Shown here: positions 26,177 through 41,285 of the stretch, piece after piece
Layout of the letters: every line of letters begins with the position of its first letter
Numbering within the stretch: the stretch's first letter is position 1
Assembly: GCA_964016885.1 (NCBI GenBank)
Contig: OZ024741.1
Location: 181,288,001-181,352,000, forward strand
Direction of reading: 5' to 3'
Source of the DNA: Eledone cirrhosa
Lineage: Eukaryota
DNA length: 64,000 nt
Position numbers and translations under genes: made by a program
Notes under the pieces: model-generated
The model's database searches: none
What the model saw: only the letters and a program-made list of their open reading frames with translations
Told to the model about the DNA's origin: nothing

Positions 26177-26359
26177 TAACTGTTTCTACTTTAGGCACAA
26201 GGCCAGCAATTACCCAGTGCATTACTGGTACTTTATTTTATCGACGCCGTAAGGATGAAAGGCAAAGTCAACCTCGGCGGGATTTGAACTCAGATCGTAA
26301 AGGGACGTAACTATGCTGGAAAGCATGGCGTCAGACCCTCTACCGATACTGCCAATCCA
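26177..26359 (-). mobile_element. SINE (abundant family) inserted in the PLE 3' region
   Basis: Reverse complement of the family consensus. Confidence 0.88.
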
Positions 26360-27834
26360 AATAACAGGACCATTTTAAAGGTGTATAAGATGTAGTCAAG
26401 TGTAATGAATATTACAGATTAAAAATACTTCGTAAAATGGATTTTTGGCGATGTCTGCAAGAATTAAATATTTCGCTTTTTAAATTAATAGAATTTTGAC
26501 AGTTAATTATATAAAAAAATTTCCTCGATACACAAATGACAGATTCTTGAGAAAGCCATATTTCGGTATGCGGGTGCTTTCGAAATCGTTTCCCAAGATA
26601 TTGAGTAGTCTATATTATTGTCCTTTAAATTCCAAATTAGATGTGAAAGTGAAGTGGAAGATTTTTTATCGGACCTATTAAATGTATGTTTGTGGTTGTA
26701 CCAGCGTTCTTTGAATCTTGTAGAAGTGGCACAAATATAGTTAAATACTTTGTCTCTAACTTAACTGTGCATTTATAAATTAAGTTTTTGTCTAAGCAAT
26801 TGTTTTGTAAAGGGCAGTTTGATTCAATTCTACAGTTACATTTTCTGGAGTGGTTGTTACTAGGAACAGTACTATTAGTATGAATAATGTTATTAGAAAT
26901 ATTATTATTGCTAGCTTGGTTTGTTTGGTTAGGGTTTAAATTTAAGTTTCTATTATTAATTCTATTTATACTTTGGCCATGTTCATAGCAGTAGAGTAAG
27001 ATAGTTTTATAGTGTGTCTGTTAAAAATAGAGTGGTATCTGTGGGCTTTAGGAAAACACTTATCCAGTGCTTTGAAAAATAGTTTTGCTACAGGTGTTTT
27101 AACGCCTAATGAGAATGGGGGAGAGTACCAAATAATATTTCTAGTTCTAGTTTTTTTGTTTGGTTTACTATTTAAGTTGAATTGCTTATTGTTATTATAA
27201 TGAATTCTAGGATGATTTATCATGTTATTGTTGTCTAAGTATTTAATTTTATTCCAGTATCTTGCTCTATGTAGAGCCTCATTGTAATATTCTGCCTTAT
27301 CATCAAACATATTTTTATTAGCGGAGATGCGTGAAATCCGTTGCTGGACACTATTGACAATAGTATTTTTTATATGTCTAGGATGGTTAGAATTGAAACT
27401 TACATAATTTAGATTTTCATTAATTTTATGGAATGGATAATAAAGACCTGAGCTAAGGTTTAAAGTTACATCTAAGAAGTTAACGATTTTATAATTATTC
27501 TCGATTTCTAAATTAAGGTTGTAGTTGTTAAAAACTGTATTATCGATTTCTTTTTCGTATTAATTTCACTATTGCTATGGTTTTCGATTAAAAGTAACAT
27601 ATCGTCCCGATATAAACCTCCGATCATCTCTGGCAGTTTTCTATGCAGTACATTATTAATAAATAATCCAGCGAGGTCTGTTACTTGCGCCGAGTCAGAT
27701 GATCCCATAGTAATATCAAAATTGTTTTTGTCTGTCGGCTCTTGTCGAGAGCTTTTTCCTTTTGCTATTCAAGTAAAACTTGAACTGTTAAGATCTCGTT
27801 CCTGGATATGTCAATATTTATAATACAAACTTTG

Positions 27835-27895
27835 TATTTTATCTGATGAGGGCGTACCAAAGTTTTGGTACCCTTGAAATATATATAACAGAATA
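27835..27895 (+). ncRNA. Hammerhead ribozyme in inverted pseudo-LTR (family B)
   Basis: TATTTTAT-CTGATGA-GGGCGTACCAA-AGTT-TTGGTACCCTT-GAAA-TATATA-TA-ACAGAATA. Confidence 0.78.
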
Positions 27896-28028
27896 AATAT
27901 GGTTTTATAAATATAGTTTCCATTTATTAATATAATTGATATTATACTCCAGAAAACTTGTCGAGTGCTTCGAATCAGTTATAAATATATATATTTGTTG
28001 AATTACCAACAAATTAAATATCCCTTTG

Positions 28029-28087
<59 letters not shown>

Positions 28088-28091
<4 letters not shown>

Positions 28092-28206
28092 GTAGAACAC
28101 TGGAAAATAATATCCGTAGTGGTAGAGCACTCAGTCCATGGGACTGAGGATCCGCTAAGGTGAAACAATTGTTCTCGGTATGGTGAACTAACTGTTGTCT
28201 AACCAC

Positions 28207-28210
<4 letters not shown>
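28088..28210 (+). mobile_element. Short HHR element in (TA)n; deleted version of 40800-40980
   Basis: CTGAGGA-T-CC-GCTAA-GG-T-GAAA-CAATTG-TT at 28144-28173. About 70 bp, including the 5' strand of stem I, are deleted. Confidence 0.7.
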
Positions 28211-28269
<59 letters not shown>

Positions 28270-28270
<1 letters not shown>

Positions 28271-29521
28271 CGTTTCTGAATTTGTTTAGCAAGATTCTTT
28301 ATCTGAAAACGTGTGTTGAAACCGATATTGTTATGCTTTGGGAGGGTCATGTTGCCAATAAGAAACACACTCACCAGTTGCTTTCACTCCAATTTATTAT
28401 AAATTAAATTTATAAATTTAAGAATTTATAAATTTCTGGTTGGTTGGTTGGTTCCACAACCAGACGATTTTTCATATCTTGTCAACATTCTTTCGTCACA
28501 CATTCTGTCACCTCTTCAGTGACTGGGGATTCTTTTCTTTGTTTTGTGCCACTCCTTTGTTCTGTCCTACGCCATCTTGTTTTTGTGCTTAGTTTGCGCA
28601 TGTGTTACATCCGGGTGTCTGTGTGTGTTTATATTTGTTTGTTTATTTGTTTATTTACATGTTACTGGTTGGTTGTTTGTTCTATGTGTGTGTGTTTTCA
28701 TTTTGTCCTTAATTGTAAGTTGTGATGTTGCTATTCCATTCATGTTTTCTATTTAATTTTGGTTGGAGTTCATTTATGTTTATTGCCTCTGTGATTTGTC
28801 TAAACATTGCGTCTTTTCTGTGTGTAGATTCTATTTTTATTTCTATGTTCTATAATTTACCCTTATGTTCTATTTTAGCATGTTGATGGAGTACAGATGA
28901 TTCTTTACTATCTTGAAGCTCTCGCCAGTGTTCATTTATCCGTTCTCCTATACTACGAGCTGTCTCACCTATGTACACTATATTCTTATCTCTACATTGT
29001 CCTTCAGTACATCTTATGCTATATACTCCATTTCTAGTTTTACAGTTAATATGGGGGCTTAGTTTACAGATTATACATTTCTTATCTATACAGGGAGGTC
29101 TTTGAATAGGGTATGTATTGCTAATAAGTGTTTTTATGGAGGTACCTGGTCTTTCTACTATCTTAATATTGAGTTTATGTTTATCTAGGACCCTTCGAAA
29201 TTTGTAAGCTAATGCACCTCTAGGGGTTGTATTGATGAACATTACACTCTGGTATTTATTGCTATCATACCATGAGTTTATTCTATTAACCTTATTCCTA
29301 GTTCTTTCTATTCTATTCCAAAATTTGCTCCTATACAAAGGTCAGGTCCCATTTGTGTCATTATTTACCATTTTTTCCCATTTGATTCTGGCTCCTCAAT
29401 ATACTCTGATTTTATCTCTGATTGTAACCAGAGAACTGCATACGGTGGATGAAGTGTTGTATGTGTCTCTCTAGTTCTTCGGGGTTGCACATGCGGGACA
29501 CGTTTCTCATCACCCGTACTA
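28270..29521 (-). mobile_element. Penelope-like element fragment (thumb/linker + GIY-YIG + 3' region), distinct lineage
   Basis: RMQFSGY, LYRSKFW, CIICK..CKTRNGVYSIRC..YIGETARSIGERINEH. (TA)n on both flanks. Confidence 0.85.
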
Positions 29522-29536
29522 TATATATATGTATAC

Positions 29537-31100
<1,564 letters not shown>

Positions 31101-31273
31101 ACCTTAACACTTCACACAAAGTAAAATATTTTGTTTTAAACATTTTCTAACCCAGAAAAAAAAGAGAAAAAAATAAAGGAAAAAAAAAAATGTTTCTTCC
31201 TAATAATCGTTTTTTTCTCCCGATTTACATATATATATATATTCCAACTCGTATGCTCCTTCTCCACATTTTA

Positions 31274-31364
<91 letters not shown>

Positions 31365-31679
31365 TATAGAATAAAAGGAAATATTGAGTTTGGCGAGACT
31401 TGAACTTAGGAATACAAAAATCCGAACAAACACCCTGAGGCATTCTTTTTTAGGATCCAGGTTTTGGAAAGAAATCAATCAGTTACGTGAAGTAGATTAT
31501 AAAACTATTAACAATTAATGTATGCATGGAGCCTTAACTGCTGATGGTGTTGTAGGAGCAGCTGGCGTGCCCATCCCCTCTCCAGATCTGAACACAGCCG
31601 AGTTGTTCCAGAGAAGGAGCAAAAGAGAGGTCGAAGGAGAGAGGAAGTGGAAAAGTGATATAATATAAGAATCCAGCCC

Positions 31680-32150
31680 AGTATTGGACTGGTACTTGTT
31701 TTATCGACCTTCAATAGATTAAAAACAAAGGTGAACTCAACGGAATGTGAATTCAGAGGATAGAGCGCCAGAACGAATAATACAAAGCATTCTACTCGTT
31801 GTTTTAACGACTCAGCCAATTTGCCGCTTTTTGACCAGGTAGCATTTTACAATGACTACCTAGAGAAATATGAAATTTGAGAAAAGATTCAGGTTAAAAG
31901 TATTACGAAACTCAGAGTAGCAACAGAAATTAATCTCATTATATATACTCACTATATATGGCGGTGGATTGGCAGTATCGGTAGAGGGTTGGACACCATG
32001 CTTTGACGCATAGAGTTACGGCCCTTGCTATTCTAAGTTCAAATCTCGCCGAGGTTAACTTTACCTTTCATCCTTACGGGATCGATAAAATAAAAGTACC
32101 AGTAATGCGCTGGGATAATTGCTGGCCTTGTGCCAAAAGTAGAAACAATT
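31680..32150. mobile_element. Two SINEs: old minus copy 31680-31828 and plus copy 31960-32150
   Basis: Family consensus motifs. Confidence 0.8.
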
Positions 32151-32283
32151 ATATATACTCTTCTTTGGTATTTAGAACATTTTCATCATGTTTTAATACG
32201 GACACAAACACATATATATATATATTGTTTTTGTCGTATTTGCAAATTCAAACGGATGTATATAAAGTATATATATATATATA

Positions 32284-33295
32284 TGATGATGGCTGCCCCC
32301 TCGTTATCGAGTATGGCCATTGCACGATGAGAAAAACAAATATTAATAGATAAATAAAAAATAAAATAAAATAAAAAAAAGAAATATATATATATATATA
32401 CACACATACATATACATATATACACACATATATATATACATACACACATACATTAATAACAATAATAATAATAACAACAATAATAATATACATATATATA
32501 TATATACACACACGCGCACACATAAACATATCTATACACACACACACATACACGATAGCAACTAACAGCGCTGCGATCGAATGTGGCTTTTTAGCCCAGC
32601 CAATGATCTAAAATGTCTTGCACAGAGTCGGCAACCAAAACATTCACTGGGAATAGCCGGCTGTGGTTGGAGTTCGTGTACTTTTGCATGTCGCTTGAGC
32701 CCTCCTGCTGATTTACATTCTCTACCACATGCTTGGCAAGCATGATGAGTAGCATCTCCAACAGCAGCCTGGTAGTCAACCACTGGTCTTACTTTATGAC
32801 TGCGAAGATGACTTTCGAGTCCAGCTTTGCTTAGGCAGAGTCTCGCACAGACGCTGCATGTCAGCATCATAGGAGGACCCTCGCCGTCTGGAAGTGCAAC
32901 AGTAATGCCCTTCTTCACATCCCGCTTTACTTTCTCGTATGCGATTCGAGATGCCTCAAAGGCAACTTTTCTCTCATACACAGTCTTTCTCCATTTATTA
33001 CGATCAGCAGCAATATTTTCCCATGTATCAGCAGAGATGTTAGCGTCTTTCAAAGAGGCTTTCAAGGAATCCTTATACCTCTTTTTTGATTTATGTGGCG
33101 GTCGTTTTCCTTTAACTAACTCTCCATAAAAGAGTTGTTTTGGTATTCTAGAATCCTTCATCCTAACAAGTTGACCACTCCAACGGAGTTGTTGCTTAAG
33201 CACAAGAGCTTCTATACTGTCACACATAGAGCTTTCCAAAATCTCGACATCACTGATGTGGTCCCTCCAGTGAACGCCATGGATCCGTCTGAGAC
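32284..33295 (-). mobile_element. RTE/BovB-type LINE 3' part with three C-terminal C2H2 zinc fingers; 3' UTR split by simple repeats
   Basis: QLRWSGQLVRMKDSRIPKQLFYGEL; fingers CSVC..HLRSH, CQAC..HAKVH, CRLC..HIRSQ. Terminal hairpin ATGGCCATACTCGATAACGAGGGGGCAGCCAT + CATCAT. Confidence 0.85.
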
Positions 33296-33310
33296 ACATA
33301 TATGTGCATA

Positions 33311-33378
<68 letters not shown>

Positions 33379-33403
33379 CATACAAATATATATACATATA
33401 TCT

Positions 33404-33570
33404 ATTTAATATAGAAATGGCTTCTACAGGACTATAACTGTTTCATTTGAAGGGAATCATCGAATGAAACAGTTCTAGTCCCATAGAAGCCATTTCTATA
33501 TTAAATATCTATACTCTGCTATTTATTGAGTACCTTACTTACTGTGGTTACCTCCCATTGAACCCGGGAT
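33404..33570. mobile_element. HHR family A fold-back (junction inside the ribozyme) plus tail
   Basis: Palindrome 33404-33506. Tail ATACTCTGCTAT..GAGTACCTTACTTACTGTGGTTACC is shared with 36355, 40660, 41220 and 57010. Confidence 0.75.
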
Positions 33571-33587
33571 ACACACACACCCCACAC

Positions 33588-33621
<34 letters not shown>

Positions 33622-33624
33622 ATA

Positions 33625-33655
<31 letters not shown>

Positions 33656-33807
33656 CCATACGTACATATATATATGTGTGCATGTATGTATATATATATA
33701 CATACTACTGTACGTCTGTATACATATATGTATGTACGTGTACATACTTATATTTAAGTAACAGCCGTACTAAGAGTGGGAAATGAAATTTCGTTTCATT
33801 TTTCCGT

Positions 33808-33842
<35 letters not shown>

Positions 33843-33855
33843 TATATATACATAA

Positions 33856-35133
33856 TTGGTGTGGGATGCTTAAAGCGTCCGTAAGCGGTTGGCCCACTGA
33901 GCACTCGATGCTCTTACAGAGCAGAGTATGATATCACATAAGAAACGAGTAATCAGTGTTGCGACGATGACCTCGATACTTGTATCAGAGCAGCAGCCGA
34001 GGGGATATGCAACGTCAAGTTTGACGACATAGGGTGGCAACGGGCCACTTTACCGGTCAGGTATGGTGGCCTTGGCCTCCGGTCCCGATCCCACTAGCTT
34101 TGCCGGCGTATCTTTCGTCTGTAACCTCGTGCCGCGTCCTCGTCAGCAGGGTTCTTCAAAACACAACAGAACCCTCTGTGTTCAGAGAACGTGAGGCCGC
34201 CTGTGAGACGTGGGACCGGCTGGGACTTAGCCCAGTAGACGACCCTCCTCCTTCTCCCCCTGTTGACGTCAAGTCCCCCCAACACACTTGGGATGTCATC
34301 CAGTGCAGCCTGGCCTCAGACAGGCTCACGCGCCAGCTCGACCAGCACCACCTTGATTGTTTTCATGCGGCCTCCAAACCCCACAGTGGTGCCTGGCTCC
34401 ATGCCCTGCGCTCCTTCTCCACTGGCACGCAGCTAGACAACCATAGCCTGCGAATCGGCGTTTCCCTGAGGCTCGGCCTCCGGATCTGCTAGCCACACCA
34501 GTGTCGTTGCGGTTCCATCGTAGACTCTTTCGGCCTCCACCTGCTTTCCTGTCGCCACAGTGCCAGCCGCATTCCACGCCATGCTGCCCTCAACGAGGTC
34601 ATTAAGCATGGCTTGGACGCTGCAGGCTTCCCTTCCCAGCTCGAGCCGGTGGGGCTGGATCGAGGGGACGGCAAAAGGCCAGATGGCATGACCATCTTCC
34701 CGTTCCGCGGTGACAAACCCCTCGTCTGGGATGTTACTTGCACCGACACTTTCTGCAGCCGCAACCTAGTGCAGTCTGCGACTGACCCAGGTTCTGCTGT
34801 ACGTCGGGCTGAGGGGGCCAAACTCCTCAAATACTGGTCGCTCTCCGACAGGTTTGCGGTCGTTCCCCTGGCAGTAGAGACTTCTGGTGTCTTCGGCCCC
34901 AGGGCTACCTCCTTACTCATCACCATAGGCGCTGAGCTGGCCAGCCGCACGTGTGAGCCCCGCGAGCTGGAGTGGCTTTTCCAGCGCGTTCCCCTTGCCG
35001 TCCTCCGCGGAAACACCTTCTCCATTCTGTCCACCGGGGCTGTGGGTGGGCCCCATCGCGTACCAATACATTAGTTAAATACCATTCTTTCATCTGATAC
35101 AACACAATAAAGACTAAAGTCTTTAAAAAAAAA
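33856..35133 (+). mobile_element. CRE-type RLE retrotransposon 3' part
   Basis: SGAWLHALR, CRCG..D..GLHLLSC, RH..LN, EPVGLDRGDGKRPDG, WDVTCTDT, PLAVET. AATAAA plus A9 tail. Confidence 0.85.
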
Positions 35134-35303
35134 TGTCCCTTTGTATATCAATTAATCTCATCGTTTCTCTGGCGACCAGCTCGAGGCACGATCGATGTAA
35201 TGATTTAACCTAACTCCAAAATCGCAAGGTCCTCAGATAAGTCTCGATTTTACGAAGCAGAGTTCCCAAAAATATTTTTGGAAACTCTGCTTCGTAGAAT
35301 CGA

Positions 35304-35398
35304 GACGTATCTGAGGACTTTGCGATTTCAGAGTCAGGTTCGATCATTACATCGATCGTGCCTCTAGCTGGTCGCCAGAGAAACGATTGTAATATGTC
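35304..35398 (+). ncRNA. Hammerhead ribozyme with long stem II, in fold-back 35160-35387
   Basis: GACGTAT-CTGAGGA-CTTTGCGA...TCGCCAGA-GAAA-CGATTG-TA-ATATGTC. Confidence 0.65.
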
Positions 35399-35441
35399 TA
35401 ATAACTTTTATTCGTCGCAACACTGATTCTCCGTTTCTTAT

Positions 35442-35488
<47 letters not shown>

Positions 35489-35977
35489 CGAAGGAAATGT
35501 GGTAAGGAACCAGGTGGACCATAACGCACCAAAGTACTCAATACTTAGGGTAGTAGAGTGGGTAATATATATATATATATGTGCAATTTGTCTGAAGGCA
35601 TAACTTATCTCTACCTGTTTTGTAATGTCCCAAATTGCACTGGAATGAATGGTCTCGACCTTAAACACCGGAACCATAGTGATTTCCTCAGGTTAACTGA
35701 GGATATGGGACTGTCTGTCTTTCCATTGTTTCCGGAAAAACGGACAGTGCCATCTCCTCAGTCAACCTCTGGAAATCACGACAGTTTCCCATAATTAAGG
35801 TTAATAATGTTAAATCCACTGTACATTGGGACCTAACAAAATAGGACAAGTTGTACCTTTCGGCGAATTACACAAATAAAGACGAAGAAATATTCCAAAC
35901 GCATCAACTGACAAAGGAAAGAGAAAACAGTGTACAAGGGCTTAGCCAAAGGAGAAACATATTGAAAGGAGAGAAAT

Positions 35978-36044
<67 letters not shown>

Positions 36045-36053
36045 GTAGAAGTT

Positions 36054-36118
36054 TATTTTATCTGATGAAAGCGCACCAAGATTGACTTGGTTGCCCTTGA
36101 AATATATATAATACAATA
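36054..36118 (+). ncRNA. Hammerhead ribozyme (family B variant)
   Basis: TATTTTAT-CTGATGA-AAGCGCACCAAG-ATTGA-CTTGGTTGCCCTT-GAAA-TATATA-TA-ATACAATA. Confidence 0.75.
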
Positions 36119-36184
36119 AATATGGTTTTATAAATATAGTTTCCATTTATTTAATATCATGGTATATATATATATATATATATA

Positions 36185-36417
36185 GTTTTAATATAGCAGA
36201 GCTTCTACAGGACTAGAACTGTTTCATTCGTGAGAAATTATCAGGAAGTTGGTTGTCCAAGTAAATGGTAGCATTTATGTCTTTCCTTATCTGGTGGTAG
36301 GAGAGGGGATCGGGATGGGTGTTGGTCATTGTTTGAAGGATTTATTAACACTTTTATACTCTGCTATGTATTGAGTACCTTACTTACTGTGGTTACCTTC
36401 GATTCAACCCGGAATAA

Positions 36418-36420
<3 letters not shown>
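36185..36420. mobile_element. HHR family A element: minus HHR ~36200-36249 (G8>A) plus inverted tail
   Basis: CTTC-CTGATAA-TTTCTCACGAAT-GAAA-CAG-TTCTAGTC-CTG-TA-GAAG. Confidence 0.7.
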
Positions 36421-36461
<41 letters not shown>

Positions 36462-36464
<3 letters not shown>

Positions 36465-36632
36465 TTGTTTCTACTTTTGGCACAAGGCCAGCAATTATCC
36501 CAGTGTATTACTGGTACTTTATTTTATCGACCCCGTAAGGATGAAAGGCAAAGTTAACCTCGGCGGGATTTGAACGCAATCGTAAAGGGACGTAACTGTG
36601 CTGCAAAGCATGGCGTCTGACCCTCTACCGAT
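36462..36632 (-). mobile_element. SINE (abundant family) in (TA)n
   Basis: Family consensus. Confidence 0.88.
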
Positions 36633-36871
36633 ATATATATATATAATGAAATAGTGAGAGCCAAATTAATTATAAATTATAGAAAACAATTCTAATATAG
36701 TTTCTAATATCCTACATGCAATTTAGTCTGATGCATTGACCAATATATTATTAATATCTGAGGAAGTCATACAGTGTGGAATTGATTTTAATAGACACAA
36801 GTCTCATAAATACTGTTGATTTCAGGCACTCAGACAGTGTCTCATAATAGGACGATATTTGATACACATAC

Positions 36872-36909
<38 letters not shown>

Positions 36910-36989
36910 TCTCTTATCGATCGACATTCGTCAAATCGGACCGAGGAAACAATGTTCCCATGGTCTTTCCAATTGCTAATACTATCTAT

Positions 36990-37130
36990 CGGTCGCAACT
37001 CCAGGTAGAAGGAGCAACGTGAAATAAAGTGTCTTGCTCAAGGACATAACGCATCGCCCGGTCCCGGAATCGAACTCACAGCCTCACGATTGCGAATCCA
37101 ATTCTCTAACCACTCAGCCACACGCCTTCA
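36990..37130 (-). mobile_element. tRNA-head SINE with CORE-like body
   Basis: GGCGTGTGGCTGAGTGGTTAGAG...GAGTTCGATTCC...TCCTTGAGCAAGACACTT. Confidence 0.75.
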
Positions 37131-37146
37131 CACACATATATATATG

Positions 37147-37194
<48 letters not shown>

Positions 37195-37200
37195 TATACA

Positions 37201-37290
<90 letters not shown>

Positions 37291-37304
37291 TACATATATG
37301 TGTG

Positions 37305-37343
<39 letters not shown>

Positions 37344-38602
37344 ATGATATATCGTCCTATTATGCGTTCTATGAGACACTGTCATAATTCTAGGTAAGAA
37401 TATTCAAGTTATATTTCAAACACGTGATAAATAACGAGAAAGTTAATTATATTACTAAATCTCTATAAAGTTTTAATTATTTTCAAAATAAAAATATTTA
37501 TAAGGATTTTTAATAAAATAGACTGTTTATGATTTTCAAACAATTATTTTCAAAATTGTTTGAAAATCATAAACAGTCTATCTTATTAAAAATATGGCAG
37601 TGAATCTATTTCTCAAAGCCAGATATATAAAGATGCATAAAGACATTTTAAATGACAACGCTGTGGCTCTTTCTATGAACAGAACTCTATGACCTATGAA
37701 TCAAATTAGCTATTTAGACTTTTGACTGTACTTCTGTAGTCTTCAACGATGAGTGTTCTAGTTGTTTGTTTAACGGAAGAATGTTCTTGTGAAACTAATT
37801 TATAAGTGACTGAGCATTTCACAGGTACGTGTGTTCTTAACGTTATTCTTAGGGAGGGTCACCATAACTAGGCTGGTCCTATGACCTACAAGCATAGTCC
37901 ATCTGACGAACTTCCAAGCAGTTCCTTCCAAGCAGTTGCTTAAATGCTTCCTTTGACCCGAAGCTACGGTAAATGACACTTGTTCAAGATCCCACACAGA
38001 GGAGTCGATATTAGGATCTAATGAGTAGGAAGCAAACTTTTTAACCATTCGGCCGTGTAGCATTCACATTAAATTCCTACAGAAGAATAAAAACGTTGAT
38101 ATTATTTTGTAAAACGTAATTCATATCCTGCCGAGGTCGACTTTACCTTTTATCCATTTGTAGTCGATGAAGTTCCAATCTAGTGTGATGGATTGGCGTA
38201 AACGTTAGAAAGGCGGAAGCCTGGCTGTTTATGTTCCACCTCATTGGTTTCTCATTTCTCATCTTACTATTGTCTGTTTGGACGGTACCAATAATTCGTC
38301 ACTCGGTTTAACATATCCGTTGCGTGATTTTAGCTGAGGTCAATCTGTTGGGAGAATTCAAACCAGATCTCCAGCTTTGAGGATAACGTTATACTTCATT
38401 TGTACAAGTCTCGGTGGTCCGAAAAGGAGATACAGGCACTGTCCCCCCCCCCCCCCTGAGTGGGTAATAAACATATAGGGAGACGAGTAGGAAGAGGACA
38501 TTTATCTGAAAAGAAAGATGAAGAAAAGAAGTACAATAGAGGAGTAAAATATGAAAGCAACAACATACTGAATATGTTAATCAGTATGAAGAATACACAC
38601 AC

Positions 38603-38682
<80 letters not shown>

Positions 38683-38939
38683 CACACACACACACAGGGA
38701 ATGTAACTGTAGGTTCACCCGGGTGAGCACTCGATGTTTAGGTTCACGTCGGAATCGAGGTGTAGAGCTAGACAGAGTGTAGTATAATAAAATAAAACAA
38801 GGACGAATGGTTACTCCTTCGTTACGTTTATTGGTTGGTGACGCGCGTTTCGCTATTGATCAGCTCAAGGTTCGATCTGAATCGATCTAGCCCGACTCTG
38901 TAATCAATGGCTCGTCGGGCCTCTGTGGCAGTGTGGCAG

Positions 38940-39012
<73 letters not shown>

Positions 39013-39194
39013 GAGAGAGATAGAGAGAGAGAGAGACTGAGAGAAAGAGAGATTCAGGGAGAGAAGCGGATGAGAGAGCAAGGATAACAAATAATGTTAA
39101 AAGAGCTAGAAGGAAAATTAGTGAATTATATATATATATCAAATTATAAATGCAAAGAAATAATAGACAAAAATATACCTATTTTTTCTTCAAA

Positions 39195-39276
39195 GTCGCG
39201 ACTGCAGTTTCGCCAACTGGGTTGCAGCAATCGTGCAACAGAAAAGTGCACCATCGTTGAAGGTTTATCAAGAGAC
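39195..39276 (-). ncRNA. Decayed hammerhead motif
   Basis: GTCTC-TTGATAA-...-GAAA-CTGCAG-TC-GCGAC. Two core substitutions; palindromic stem III. Confidence 0.45.
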
Positions 39277-40103
39277 CCCCTCAATTGTCTAGACTATTTG
39301 TTGACCCGACCGGTACAGATGAATAATTCTCGGGAGGGAGAAATTATCACATGATACAGCGGTCACAGAAGGGAGGCAAAGGCGGACATTTAGTGAATAC
39401 CAAATTTGCAAGAAAAAGCAGTCAGCACCAAATGTTTAACTCAACCATAAGGGACTTGGGACAAAATAGTAATGAGATACACTCACAGATACAAAAGTAT
39501 ATTTGTGTGTTGTGTCCCGCCTTGACCAGTTTTGCTCAATGACCGAAACAATATATATATATATATATATATATTCATAACCAAACACAACCAGACACAC
39601 CACATATAACGATACTTATATACACATGTATGTGTACAAAGAAAGGAAAATTGGTGGGATGCGAGAGTTGGGAGACAAGGAGACATAGAGAGAGAGAAAG
39701 CTTAAGTGAGAGGAAGAGATAGGGAGATGTCAGCGAATCAAAGAGTATATGGGATGGTAACAAAAAAAATAATAAGGAAGAGTGAGAGAGAGAAGGTAGC
39801 AGATCGATATAAGAAGAGTAAAAGACATAGAGAATGTGTGCGAGCGTGCATGTATGTATGTGTGTGTGTGAGTGTATGTGTGTGTGTGTGTGTGAGTGTA
39901 TGTGTGTGTATGTGTGTGTGTGTGAGAGAGAGATAGAGGAAGAGTAATTGCATGTAAGCGAGGAAGAGGTAGAGATTATATAAAGATTCAATATAAAAAT
40001 ACTTTAATGAAGAGCAGGCTAGCGAACTGGTGTATCTCTCCCACCTTTGTATGCACGTTTAAGTAATTATGAACACGCACACGCACACACACACACACAC
40101 GCA

Positions 40104-40138
<35 letters not shown>

Positions 40139-40174
40139 GTACGTCTATATTTATGTATATGTACATCTACATAC

Positions 40175-40656
<482 letters not shown>

Positions 40657-40659
<3 letters not shown>

Positions 40660-41284
40660 TTATTCCGGGTTGAATCGGAGGTAACCACAGTAAGTAATGT
40701 ACTCAATAAATAGTAGAGTATAAAAGTTTTAATATAGAAGAGCTTCTACAGGACTAGACCTGTTTCATTCGTGAGAAATCATCATATATATCTATATATA
40801 GAAGTGGTAACAGAACAGTTAGTTCACCATACCGAGAACAATTGTTTCACCTTAGCGGATCTTCAGCTCGTACTGGTCATGGTTATACGGAATAGGAAGA
40901 ACAACCGTACTTCTACCTAACTCGTCCCATGGACTGAGTGCTCTACCACTACGGATATTTCCTTCCAGTGTTCTACCTCTCTCTCTCTATATACATATAT
41001 AATATAATATAGAAATGACTTCTACAGGACTAGATCATCAGGAAGCCCTTGACGGTTAAGAGGGGCACAGGAAGTGGTAAAGGTTAAGTTTATCCCGGGT
41101 TCAATCGGGGGTACTTAATACATAGCAGAGTATAAATATTTAATATAGGCTTGCTGATGATTTCTCCCGAATGAAACAGTTCTAGTCCCGTAGAAGCCAT
41201 TTCTATATTCAATTTTTATACTCTGCTATGTATTGAGTACCTTACTTACTGTGGTTACCCCCGATTGAACCCGGGATAAACTTA
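40657..41284. mobile_element. Cluster of short HHR elements: family A at 40657-40784(-), 41006-41047(-, core deleted) and 41148-41284(+); family with CAATTG stem III at 40800-40980(-)
   Basis: HHR 40833-40870(-): CGAG-CTGAAGA-T-CC-GCTAA-GG-T-GAAA-CAATTG-TT-CTCG. HHR 41148-41198(+). Confidence 0.75.
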
Positions 41285-41285
41285 T

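Larger units (their letters stand above)
24889..28030 (-). mobile_element. 5'-truncated Penelope-like element (RT C-half + GIY-YIG, ~26430-27740) with inverted pseudo-LTR
   Basis: RT motifs FDITMGSSDSAQVTDL, GLYRDD, VNFLDVTLNL, SNHP; then IIWYSPPFS and CNC..CPLQNNC. Inverted repeat 24889-25078 / 27751-27943. Confidence 0.88.

Noticed and set aside
28478-28525. GTCA-CTGAAGA...GAAA...TGAC (minus) downstream of a PLE ORF
   Set aside because: Position is plausible, but there is no valid U16.1-H17 and stem II is poor; not counted.
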